DNA of 40,000 bases from an uncultured Candidatus Peribacteria bacterium (GCA_964466055.1 CAYXLW010000008.1:820-40819), one strand, 5' to 3'; shown: positions 17,473 to 26,346, counted from the first letter of the stretch. Notes: generated by a model from the sequence alone, not told the origin. Made by a program: numbers and translations.

Positions 17473-17724
17473 ATGTCAAATTTTGATAAAACAGGTCCTA
17501 ATGGACAAGGAGCTATGACAGGACAAGGGCTTGGTTCTTGCGCTGGAAATCAACAATCAAGTATTAGGGGATTCGTGGGGCGTGGCGAAGGACGTGGAAG
17601 AGGAGGTTGCGGAAGAGGTTTTTTGAGGGATACTTCATTATCTCTTGAAGATCAGGAGAAATTCTTAGAGAATAGGCTCAAAGCTATTCGAAAGCTCAAA
17701 AATAATGCTAATTCCGAAAAATAA
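17473..17724 (+). CDS. DUF5320 family protein
   Basis: The MSNFDKTGPNGQGAMTGQGLGSCAG N-terminus, Gly/Arg-rich middle and C-terminal coiled coil match the DUF5320 pattern. Its stop overlaps the next start (TAATG). Confidence 0.6.
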   Translation: MSNFDKTGPNGQGAMTGQGLGSCAGNQQSSIRGFVGRGEGRGRGGCGRGFLRDTSLSLEDQEKFLENRLKAIRKLKNNANSEK

Positions 17725-17999
17725 TGCCTCGTCCAAAACTCTGTAGAAGACTTTTGTTAAGCCCTAAAGTAACTTTTTATAAACCTCAGGGAATTCCTTT
17801 GAATTCTTTGGAAGTGATAGAATTAACGCATGAGGAGTGGGAATCGTTGAGATTAAAGCACATGGATGGACTTAATCAAATGCAATCAGCAAAAAAAATG
17901 GCTACATCCCAAAGTACTTTGCAGAGAATTCTTTCTTCCGCTCAAAAAAAACTAGGGCAAGCAGTCGTAAAAGGCTCAGCCATTAAAATTATCAACTAA
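17724..17999 (+). CDS. DUF134 (UPF0251) putative DNA-binding protein
   Basis: MPRPKLCRRLL..P..TFYKPQGIPL...IELTHEEWESLRLKHMDGLNQMQSAKKMATSQSTLQRIL is the characteristic DUF134 pattern with an HTH. Confidence 0.7.
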   Translation: MPRPKLCRRLLLSPKVTFYKPQGIPLNSLEVIELTHEEWESLRLKHMDGLNQMQSAKKMATSQSTLQRILSSAQKKLGQAVVKGSAIKIIN

Positions 18000-18011
18000 A
18001 CACCAAAAAAC

Positions 18012-18410
18012 ATGAAAGGATTTAACCTCAATATTGAAAAAGCCACTTTGGAAAACGAATATTTTCGCAAGGTGCTTTATACTGGTAACTATAGCCAATT
18101 GGTTTTAATGTCTTTGAAGCCAATGGAAGAAATCGGGATGGAAGTTCATTCTGAAAATGATCAATTCTTTCGTTTTGAAAAAGGTCATGGAAAATGCATT
18201 ATTGATGGGAATGAATACACTGTTGAAGATGGGTCTGCCATTATTGTTCCTGCAGGCACAGAGCATAACATTATCAATACTTCCAACACGGAAGCATTAA
18301 AGCTTTACACTATTTATTCTCCAGCTCATCATAAAGATGGGATTGTAAGAATAACTAAAGAAGAAGCTGAAGCTAACGATGAAGAATTTGATGGTAAAAC
18401 TACTGAATAA
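18012..18410 (+). CDS. Cupin domain protein
   Basis: GMEVHSENDQFFRFEKGHGKCIIDG...IIVPAGTEHNIIN fits the cupin_2 motifs G(x)5HxH..E and G..P...H.N. Confidence 0.65.
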   Translation: MKGFNLNIEKATLENEYFRKVLYTGNYSQLVLMSLKPMEEIGMEVHSENDQFFRFEKGHGKCIIDGNEYTVEDGSAIIVPAGTEHNIINTSNTEALKLYTIYSPAHHKDGIVRITKEEAEANDEEFDGKTTE

Positions 18411-18433
18411 AGAAAAATTTTAACTCCATATTA

Positions 18434-19585
18434 ATGCGCAATTTTTTATATATATTGATATATGTGATTGTAGGGGTATTGGCTTTGACGTTAATGTGGA
18501 TTGTGCCAGAACAAAACCAAAAATTTACTTTAAATGAACAAAAAAATAATTATACCTATGAGTTTATACATGGAAAAGTTGAAAACGTAATACCTTCATC
18601 AGATGATGATGAAGCACAAATCCTGGGAATTAAAGCAAATTCAGGAGAAGAGAAAGGCAAAATGATAAGTGCTCCTGTAAGCTCAATGAATAATTTCAAT
18701 ACCTATAAGATTGATGATGAAGTACAAATTTATAAAATGACAAACACGGCAACTGAAGAAGTTAGTTATGAAACAGCCGATTATTATCATCAAGATGGAC
18801 TTAAATGGATTTTTACCATTTTTGCCGTAATTGCAATTATAATCGCTCGAAAAAAAGGGATAACAGCAATTATAAGTATTATTATTTCCATAATTCTTTT
18901 TTACTTTATTTTCTTAAAAATGGTGATAGCTGGATATTCGCCATTAACCTCCTGCCTGATTTTTGTTTTTATAGTGACCGCATTAACTATTCCGCTTATT
19001 CATGGATTTAACAAAAAATCATTATCAGCCATATTAGCTATTACAGTCGGATATCTCTTTTCAATTTTGATCTCGTTTGCCTTCAAAGATATAGTCCAAT
19101 TGGGCAATGCTCCCGATGAAGAATTTCGAATGCTTGGAATCATGTATCCCAATATAGAGCTATCTGATATAATAATCGCTTCTTTATTCATGGGGGCAGT
19201 AGGTGCTTTAATCGATACGGCTATTTCAATATCTTCTGCTATTTTCGAAGCATTAAAAGAACACTCTCAACAGACTTTTAGACAAGTCTATAAAATTGGA
19301 ATGGAAATTGGAAAAGACGTTCTTGGCTCTATGATTAATACTCTACTTTTTGCGTATTTAGCTAGTAGTTTGCCTTTTTTGATTATCATTTCATTGAGCA
19401 AAGGAAGCAATTTAACTGAATTGGTAAATATGGATTTTATTGCTTTAGAATTAACAAGAACATTTGTTGGAGCAATTTCTCTGGTATTATTAATACCTAT
19501 TACAGCCTCCATTTCTGCTTATTATTTTACAAAAACTAAAACATGTTCCAACCCTCCATCCAAAAATGAGAGATGGAAAATATAA
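18434..19585 (+). CDS. YibE/F-like polytopic membrane protein
   Basis: Has an N-terminal TM, a ~100-aa extracytoplasmic domain and then about 6-7 TM helices. This architecture and size are typical of the YibE/F family. Confidence 0.45.
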   Translation: MRNFLYILIYVIVGVLALTLMWIVPEQNQKFTLNEQKNNYTYEFIHGKVENVIPSSDDDEAQILGIKANSGEEKGKMISAPVSSMNNFNTYKIDDEVQIYKMTNTATEEVSYETADYYHQDGLKWIFTIFAVIAIIIARKKGITAIISIIISIILFYFIFLKMVIAGYSPLTSCLIFVFIVTALTIPLIHGFNKKSLSAILAITVGYLFSILISFAFKDIVQLGNAPDEEFRMLGIMYPNIELSDIIIASLFMGAVGALIDTAISISSAIFEALKEHSQQTFRQVYKIGMEIGKDVLGSMINTLLFAYLASSLPFLIIISLSKGSNLTELVNMDFIALELTRTFVGAISLVLLIPITASISAYYFTKTKTCSNPPSKNERWKI

Positions 19586-19740
19586 ATATTTATGTCTACT
19601 TATTCATCTTATAAGATTATATGAATTTCAGATAACACTATAATTTTATAAATTGAGTTTTTTTTATTTTTTTTCTAGTTTTTTTATCTTATTTGAATAA
19701 AATATCAAACTTTATTTAAGATAAATCTACCTAATTACTA

Positions 19741-20105
19741 CTCCAAAAGTTCGAACTTGTTCTACGCACCCCAGCCAGATAGTGCACTAATGGCTATCCT
19801 AAGCCATAAACCTATGTAAATCGAGCACCCCAACAAAAGGGTGTTTTTTCGTTCAAAGAGCCTTTTGTGGCTTGTATGTGCCATTAAAAAGGTTCTAGGC
19901 CTATCCCCCTATGTATGTAGGACACTATTGGCAGTAGTAAAATATTTTTTGTAGCTTAATTTTTTTGATACAAATATTCAAAAAAATGATAACTTTTGCG
20001 CTTAAAATATAGGGGTTCTATTCTTCTTTATCCTTTATTTGTTTTGATAAATTTAGATATATTTTATCATATTTTTCACCTTAACTTATGTCTCATTTTC
20101 GTGAA
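19741..20105 (+). repeat. Mosaic repeat, copy c (tRNA-Gln 3' fragment, then M3, M2 and inverted M5)
   Basis: GTTCGAA(19749-19755)..CTAC.CACCCCAGCCAGA(19767-19779) copies the T-loop-to-CCA end of tRNA-Gln plus 2 trailer nt. CCCCAACAAAAGGGTGTTTTTT, AAAAAGGTTCTAG, GCAGTAGTAAAATATTTTT and GCGCTTAAAATATAGGGGT are shared with copies a and b. Confidence 0.6.
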
Positions 20106-20235
20106 ACATTATATTTTACTTTGGATATCAATACCTTTTTAGGGATTATTTTGTTTTGGAGAAGAGTAGTCCTTGACTTTTGTAAATGTGATATATAAAC
20201 TGAACATAATTCATTATATTATAATAATTCATACT

Positions 20236-20892
20236 ATGACTTATGGCACATTGACTTCCTCTCAAAAAAGAAAATTGAAGGAAAAACAAGATAGAGTCAA
20301 AAGCATTTTAAATGCAGCAGAGAAAATTCTTCTAAGCAAAGGATTAGAATCCGTTACTATCGATAAAATTGCTGAAAAATGTATGTTAAGTAAAGGAACT
20401 TTGTATTTATATTTTAAAAACAAAGATGAAATATTAGCATCGCTTACACTTAAAATTACAAATATTTTTTTAGCTCAATTAAAACAAGTTCCTCAACAAA
20501 AAACAGGAGAGCTGCAATTAAAAAAAATTCTGGAAGCATATTATCATTTTATGAAAGAAAATTTTCAGCACTCAAAATTGAGGACTCATTTCATCACACA
20601 CATTCAAGATAAAAAAATATATACAGGAGAAACAATTAATGGAATCAGAATAAAAAACAATGAAATAATTGAAATAATACATTCTGCTATTAAACAAGGA
20701 ATGCAAGATGGTTCATTTCGAAAGGATATTAACTCATATGAATCCATGCATCTTATAGAAATTATAAATTTAGCCTTTTTATCTAAAACATTAGAAAAAG
20801 ATTATCAAGAAAGACTTAAGGAGGAATTTAATATTGAACTAGATGCGTTTATAAAAAATTACTTCTTATATGTAACTCATATTTTAAAATAA
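20236..20892 (+). CDS. TetR/AcrR family transcriptional regulator
   Basis: VTIDKIAEKCMLSKGTLYLYFKNKDEIL is the TetR HTH signature. I prefer the ATG at 20236 over the TTG at 20173, which is better read as a -35 box (TTGACT). Confidence 0.8.
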   Translation: MTYGTLTSSQKRKLKEKQDRVKSILNAAEKILLSKGLESVTIDKIAEKCMLSKGTLYLYFKNKDEILASLTLKITNIFLAQLKQVPQQKTGELQLKKILEAYYHFMKENFQHSKLRTHFITHIQDKKIYTGETINGIRIKNNEIIEIIHSAIKQGMQDGSFRKDINSYESMHLIEIINLAFLSKTLEKDYQERLKEEFNIELDAFIKNYFLYVTHILK

Positions 20893-21014
20893 TTATTCTT
20901 AATTTACATAAAATGAAAAGGGGCATTGATCCATAGCGGCAAAAATCTATAATAAAAGTTTTACTAAAAGAATTGTATTTACAGATGAATTTCTATTAAT
21001 TAACTTTCCGTGTC

Positions 21015-22193
21015 ATGAAAACTTTATTTAAATATTTCGGATATTTACATTTTAAAAAAATGTATTATTCAATTTTAACAGTGATTATAGTCGGATTAAT
21101 CTCTTCAATACCTTTCTCTAATACAGTAGTTGCAGATGCAACGCCAAATTCAACAATTTATGAAGTATTACAAGATAATTCAGAATTCTCTAAATATCTA
21201 TCTCTTATCGAAAAAGCAGGACTTGAAGAAACTTTTAAAATTACAGGTATAGCAGTTACTAATAACCTTGTAGTTCTTGCTCCTACAAATGAAGCCTTTA
21301 ATATGCTTGATACCAAAAAACTTGAGACTATAGAAAACAATACTGAATTATTAAAAAAATTAGTACTTTATCATGTAATGTATAAGGATGATTTTGCATA
21401 TGGGATAAAATATCGTCTTCCAATAAATACTTTCGAACAAGAAAACCTTGTTCCTACTAAATTAGGCAAATTGCGAATGAACAGAAGTGCATCCATTGTA
21501 AATGTTTATAAGGCTCCAATTAATGGAACCGTACTTGCTATAGATGATGTTCTTATACCAAAATATATAAAAAATTATATCAAAGATAAAAAAGGTATTT
21601 ATGATTTATTTCCAGACTTACTTGATACATTAGAAAACAACAATGAATTTGATACCTTTGTTTCTCTTATTAAAGAAGCCGAACTAGAAGATTTATTTGA
21701 AGGGTATAAGCCTTATGTTGTTTTTGCTCCGACAGATAAAGCATTTGAAAGTTTTGATAAAATAAAATTAGCTAGAATAAAAAATAATAAAGAATTACTC
21801 ATCAATTTGATTGAGTATCACGTAGCAGACATGAGAAAAATTATACGTTTTGTTAATCACGATCTTCCTCTAGAAACAATTCAAGGTGAAGTCATTGAGT
21901 CAGATAAACACAAAGGCATACTTGAGTTTAACAATGATGTGTTTATTGTTGATACTTATAAAGTGCCATCGAATGGATCAGTATATGCTATCGATGATGT
22001 GTTTGTGCCAGAGTATGTTCAAAATAGTTTGGATAATAAATTAATGAATAATGAAAATATTCGAGCAATTGAAATATGGGAAACTTCAAATCCATTAGAT
22101 AGATTAAAAACATTAAGACAAAGATTATATTCAATAGAGAACTTAAAAGAACGAATACAGTTTATGCGAGATGTTTTATCATATAAAAATTAA
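21015..22193 (+). CDS. Secreted protein with two fasciclin (FAS1) domains
   Basis: Has a signal/TM segment and two repeats. Each carries VLAPTNEAF or VFAPTDKAF, L..HV (LVLYHV / LIEYHV) and NG.V.AIDDV.(I/V)P. Confidence 0.8.
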   Translation: MKTLFKYFGYLHFKKMYYSILTVIIVGLISSIPFSNTVVADATPNSTIYEVLQDNSEFSKYLSLIEKAGLEETFKITGIAVTNNLVVLAPTNEAFNMLDTKKLETIENNTELLKKLVLYHVMYKDDFAYGIKYRLPINTFEQENLVPTKLGKLRMNRSASIVNVYKAPINGTVLAIDDVLIPKYIKNYIKDKKGIYDLFPDLLDTLENNNEFDTFVSLIKEAELEDLFEGYKPYVVFAPTDKAFESFDKIKLARIKNNKELLINLIEYHVADMRKIIRFVNHDLPLETIQGEVIESDKHKGILEFNNDVFIVDTYKVPSNGSVYAIDDVFVPEYVQNSLDNKLMNNENIRAIEIWETSNPLDRLKTLRQRLYSIENLKERIQFMRDVLSYKN

Positions 22194-22218
22194 TATATTA
22201 CTATTTAATTAAAATTTT

Positions 22219-23352
22219 ATGAAAAATTTTACAAGAAATTTTACAAGAAATTTCCTATTTATCTTCTTATCAATAGGAATTCTTTCCAGTTGCACCTTGA
22301 TACCAAAAAATGAAGAAACAGAAGAAAGAATTGTTGAACTTGAACAGCAATTAGGCGAATTGCAAAATAAGCTCAATCAGAAACAAGAAATCATTGATAA
22401 GCAAAAAGAAGAGGGAAAACCACAAGAAGAGTCTGAAAAACCACAAGAAAAGGATAAAGAACCTGTTATTACGCCCGATGTTAAGATTGAACAGCCATCG
22501 TCATTTATTCAGCTCTTAACCCCAGTAAATAACGCTATATTTTATGAAGAACCTTTCTATGTTACTGGGGGAACTTCTTTAAACTGTAATAAAATTGTTG
22601 TTAGAGCGGAGAACGAAGAATACGACATTGACGACACTTACACTCTACAAGATTACAAGCGTGGAAGCAGTACATTCAAATATGGAATTAAGCACGCTTG
22701 GGGTAATCTAGATGTGGGTAAAAATACATATAAATTTACTGCTGAATGTGATGGCGGTACAAGAGAAGCAACAATAAATCTATTTTTCGAAGCTGGCGGT
22801 GGAGTAGAAATGGGCAAGCCAGTTATTTATCTTTACCCGCAAAAAGAACAACAAGTTTTTGTTCTTCCAAAGCCAGAAGGTGGTATCACAATTTCAGAAC
22901 CAGAACTTGGAAGTGGATGGGAAGTTACTGCCTACCCTGATGGTACTATCGTGGACGAAGCAGAAACAGTATGGCCATATCTTTTTTGGGAAGGTTACAG
23001 CAACCTTGAAGCGCCAAAAGAAGGATTCCTTGTTCATCAAGAGAATTTAAGTTCCTTTTTTGATGAAAGACTCACTTACTTAGGCTTAATAGGAAAAGAA
23101 ATCGCAGATTTTAAAGAGTACTGGCTAGAGCAACTTAATGAAGAAAAGTATTATTTCATCTCTTTCGTTTCACAATCAGAATTAGAAGAGCACGCACCAA
23201 TTTTAGTTGAACCAAAACCCGACACAGTAATTAGAGTGTTCTTTGATTACAAGACATCTGATACTCCTTTTACCTTTACAGAACAGAAACTTGAAAAAGG
23301 TCCGAAACGAAATGGATTTACAATGACCGAATGGGGCGGAAGACTTTATTAA
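22219..23352 (+). CDS. Putative lipoprotein with coiled-coil linker, unknown function
   Basis: Has a lipobox-like LSIGILSSC, an E/K/Q-rich coiled region and a conserved-looking C-terminal domain (KPVIYLYP...WPYLFWEG...). Confidence 0.5.
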   Translation: MKNFTRNFTRNFLFIFLSIGILSSCTLIPKNEETEERIVELEQQLGELQNKLNQKQEIIDKQKEEGKPQEESEKPQEKDKEPVITPDVKIEQPSSFIQLLTPVNNAIFYEEPFYVTGGTSLNCNKIVVRAENEEYDIDDTYTLQDYKRGSSTFKYGIKHAWGNLDVGKNTYKFTAECDGGTREATINLFFEAGGGVEMGKPVIYLYPQKEQQVFVLPKPEGGITISEPELGSGWEVTAYPDGTIVDEAETVWPYLFWEGYSNLEAPKEGFLVHQENLSSFFDERLTYLGLIGKEIADFKEYWLEQLNEEKYYFISFVSQSELEEHAPILVEPKPDTVIRVFFDYKTSDTPFTFTEQKLEKGPKRNGFTMTEWGGRLY

Positions 23353-25121
23353 TAAAAATTCTATCGGCTGTTTTCTTTGCCATTATAGTAGGTACTATTA
23401 GCCTGCTTTATTGGCATGGGAAATCATTAGATGAACTTACCGTATCTGTTCCCTACGGTTCACCTGCATTGTGGGAACGTATCTTAGATGAATCTGGTGA
23501 AATAAATGTTCCAAAATCAACCCGTGCAGTTATTCTTCCTCACCATTTGATTACAGCAACAGAACTAACGAAAGTTTACAGAGGAATTGCAAAACAATTT
23601 CAGCCTAAATTGATTGTTTTAGTCGGCCCAAATCATTTTGAAGAAGGTGAAGCGAATATACAAACATGCAATTGTACTTATTCCACTATTAAGGGTGAAT
23701 TAAAAACAAACACACGAATGCTTAAAAAAACAATTAAGAGCGATTCGATTGCTATTAATAATGAGCCTTTTGGAAAAGAGCACAGCATATATGGTCATGC
23801 ACCATTTATTAAAAACTTCTTTCCTAAGGCAGAAATTATTCCTTTTATAGTGAAATGGAAGTCGTCTGACAAGGAAGTAGACCAATTAGCCACCCTTATA
23901 AAATCGTTTGATAATAAAGATGACATATTGCTGATTGCTAGCGTGGATTTTTCACATTATATTCCTCATCTAGCGGCTGATTTTCATGATGAGTCTTCAA
24001 TTGTCGCTATTCAAAACTTTACTCAAAATGCTATCAAATCTATTGAAGTGGATTCACCTGCTTCCCTACGACTTATAACACGTTTTGTAGAACAACAAAA
24101 CTTAATGAAGGCTACATTATTGCGTCATACTAACAGTCAGGATTTCTTCAGAGAGCAAAAACTTGAACAAACAACCAGTCATCTTTTTATTGCCTTTTCA
24201 GAAGGCCAAAAGGAAAAGTTATCTCAAATTAGCATGCATTTTTTTGGCGATGCGATGTTCGACCGAGAAATTTCAAAACTTATTGAAACAGAAGATATAC
24301 TAGTCACACTTGCAGGTGAAGAAGGTAGATTTTTTCAGGGCAACGATTATAACATTTTGAACTTAGAAGGAGTTTTGAGTAATCATAATAAAGCTCAAAA
24401 AAAAGAAGTTACATTTCGTTTTAATCCCGAACAGGTACTACCCCTTTTACAAAAATATGGGTTCAATGTGATTAATACGGCAAATAACCATATTATGGAT
24501 TATTTTTTAACAGGCACAGAAGATACACGGAATTTTCTTTCAAAGGCAAACATGCTTTCCTTTGGTGATTATGAAGTGGGTCCTAAGTCATGCACTACAA
24601 TCGAAAAAAATGATTTAAAAATCGCTTTATGTGGATTTAATGATGTAGGCAATGTATTGCAGGTAGAAACCGCTCTTGAAATTATAGCCAATGCAAAAAA
24701 AAAGCATAATTTTGTTTTTATAAATGTTCATTGGGGCGAAGAATACAACACATCACCAACTAAGCGACAACAAGAACTCGCACATCAATTTATTGATGCT
24801 GGCACAGATTTAATTATCGGCCATCACCCTCACGTAATACAGCCAATGGAAATATACAAAGAAAAACCTATTTTCTATTCGTTAGGGAATTTTATTTTTG
24901 ACCAAATTGAACCCAAAGAAGTAAAAACTGGACTTTCAGTAGGTATCATTGCTACACGTGAAAAAATGACACTTTACGTATTGCCATTATATACAAATGA
25001 CGGGAAACCAAGTTTGCCAAATACTAAGGAAACGATGGAATTTTATGAACATTTTTTAAAAGAACAAGAAGACTATCAGTCCAATATTCGTGGAAAACTG
25101 GTAATTAATGTATCTAAGTAG
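23331..25121 (+). CDS. Membrane-anchored fusion: MEMO1/AmmeMemoRadiSam-B-like domain plus CapA/PGA_cap metallophosphatase-like domain
   Basis: The N-terminal half has AVILPHHLI...LIVLVGPNHF and ASVDFSHY (Memo-like). The C-terminal half has FGDAMFDR, NLEG, TANNHIMDY, VHWGEEY, IGHHPHVIQP and YSLGNFIFDQ (CapA-like). Confidence 0.6.
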   Translation: MGRKTLLIKILSAVFFAIIVGTISLLYWHGKSLDELTVSVPYGSPALWERILDESGEINVPKSTRAVILPHHLITATELTKVYRGIAKQFQPKLIVLVGPNHFEEGEANIQTCNCTYSTIKGELKTNTRMLKKTIKSDSIAINNEPFGKEHSIYGHAPFIKNFFPKAEIIPFIVKWKSSDKEVDQLATLIKSFDNKDDILLIASVDFSHYIPHLAADFHDESSIVAIQNFTQNAIKSIEVDSPASLRLITRFVEQQNLMKATLLRHTNSQDFFREQKLEQTTSHLFIAFSEGQKEKLSQISMHFFGDAMFDREISKLIETEDILVTLAGEEGRFFQGNDYNILNLEGVLSNHNKAQKKEVTFRFNPEQVLPLLQKYGFNVINTANNHIMDYFLTGTEDTRNFLSKANMLSFGDYEVGPKSCTTIEKNDLKIALCGFNDVGNVLQVETALEIIANAKKKHNFVFINVHWGEEYNTSPTKRQQELAHQFIDAGTDLIIGHHPHVIQPMEIYKEKPIFYSLGNFIFDQIEPKEVKTGLSVGIIATREKMTLYVLPLYTNDGKPSLPNTKETMEFYEHFLKEQEDYQSNIRGKLVINVSK

Positions 25122-25200
25122 TAATAAAACCGTCTATACTGTCCCCCAAAATTCAGACAATTCTATAAGGCAAAAACAAGATAATGTTATTAAAGCTAGC

Positions 25201-25749
25201 TTACGAATACTTTTTTTTCACAAAGTCCCTTAATAGATCAATCGAAAAAACATAATCCTTTATTTTATGAGGCACTCCATTATTCTTTTTGGTTACGGCA
25301 AATAATTTTTCCTCATCCATTTCTGGATACTTATAAAAATCGTGTTGGAAGTGATAAGTGATATAACGCATACATCCAAGTACGCTTTTGTTGTTTGTTT
25401 TAGTAATTATAAATGAATCATGTTCAGACAAAATCTTTTTAATGGCTGTTTTATTTATTTTTTCATATTCCAAATGTAGTTCCAAGTGCCAAATAAAAGC
25501 ATAACTGAGGTTTTGAAATGTCTTTTTGCGTACTTCTGGAATTACAAATGAGTAGAGTGTTTTTTCATTAGTAAAAAGAAGGTGTGTTTTTCTATTTGCT
25601 ATAAAAATATTGGCATACCAGTTACCTATCCCTTGAGTGATTTCTATAGGAGCAAGATCATCCACTTTTTTTAATGGCTCGGGAAGTTTTTTAAAAAGCT
25701 TTTGGGTGCAGTGAAGAAGTTTCATAATTTTTTTAGTATAATGTGCCAC
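25201..25749 (-). CDS. Hypothetical protein, co-oriented 18 nt downstream of the relE-like toxin gene
   Basis: A 182-aa ORF with no motif I can name. Its tight spacing suggests co-transcription with the TA pair. Confidence 0.4.
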   Translation of the reverse strand: MAHYTKKIMKLLHCTQKLFKKLPEPLKKVDDLAPIEITQGIGNWYANIFIANRKTHLLFTNEKTLYSFVIPEVRKKTFQNLSYAFIWHLELHLEYEKINKTAIKKILSEHDSFIITKTNNKSVLGCMRYITYHFQHDFYKYPEMDEEKLFAVTKKNNGVPHKIKDYVFSIDLLRDFVKKKYS

Positions 25750-25767
25750 AAAAAGGTAATGTAAACT

Positions 25768-26043
25768 TTATAATCTAGTTGATAAAAGCTGATAAACAAT
25801 TGATCTGTGCTTTATAATGAAGATTTTTACAGACTCCTTCTCAATCCTAAACACCACTCTGTAATCACCAACTCTTAATTTTCTAAAGCCTTTCAGAGAT
25901 TTTCTTAATGGCTTACCAAATAATTCTGGTGATTTCATAAGCTTTTCTTCAATAGCTTTTTTAATCATTTGCTTATCTTTTGAAGCAATCTTTTTAAGAT
26001 CATCATATAAAACTAAGTCATGATAATAAATCTCGTATTTCAT
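25768..26043 (-). CDS. relE: Type II toxin, RelE/ParE superfamily
   Basis: MKYEIYYHD..L..I....KQMIKKAIEEKL..P..FGKPLRKSLKGFRKLRVGDYRVVFRIE...V.I..I.HR is the classic RelE/ParE pattern. The ATG at 26043 overlaps the antitoxin TAA by 1 nt. The tracked 26052 start is a TTG. Confidence 0.75.
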   Translation of the reverse strand: MKYEIYYHDLVLYDDLKKIASKDKQMIKKAIEEKLMKSPELFGKPLRKSLKGFRKLRVGDYRVVFRIEKESVKIFIIKHRSIVYQLLSTRL

Positions 26044-26264
26044 TATTTCCAAACATCTTTATGAGATAAAAACTTAGCATTTTTGTCATCTCTAGACTCT
26101 GCTAATTCGTTTAAAACTCCATCTTCATCAAGTTCAATAGCTTGTTTAATTAATTCAGTTGCTTTTGTAGCTACAGGAACATTGTCTCTTTCTGCAAGTG
26201 TTTTTAGGATTACTTCAAGATTATCAGGCAATGTAACATTAATCCTCTTTTTTATAGTTGGCAT
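26043..26264 (-). CDS. Ribbon-helix-helix type II antitoxin
   Basis: The KKRINVTLPDNLEVILKTLAERDNVP N-terminus (beta-strand plus helix, RHH-like) sits immediately upstream of the toxin and overlaps it. Confidence 0.65.
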   Translation of the reverse strand: MPTIKKRINVTLPDNLEVILKTLAERDNVPVATKATELIKQAIELDEDGVLNELAESRDDKNAKFLSHKDVWK

Positions 26265-26346
26265 AATTTAAAATAGTTAGTGTGCCATAAGTGTATCACA
26301 TAACTCTTAGATAATCAATACTTACTTACTAATAAATCTAAAATAA

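Noticed and set aside
20173-20235. A TTG start at 20173 for the TetR gene.
   Set aside because: The extension (MTFVNVIYKLNIIHYIIIIHT) is not protein-like. TTGACT at 20173-20178 is more plausibly a -35 box, with TAAACT 17 nt downstream. The TetR homology begins after the ATG at 20236.
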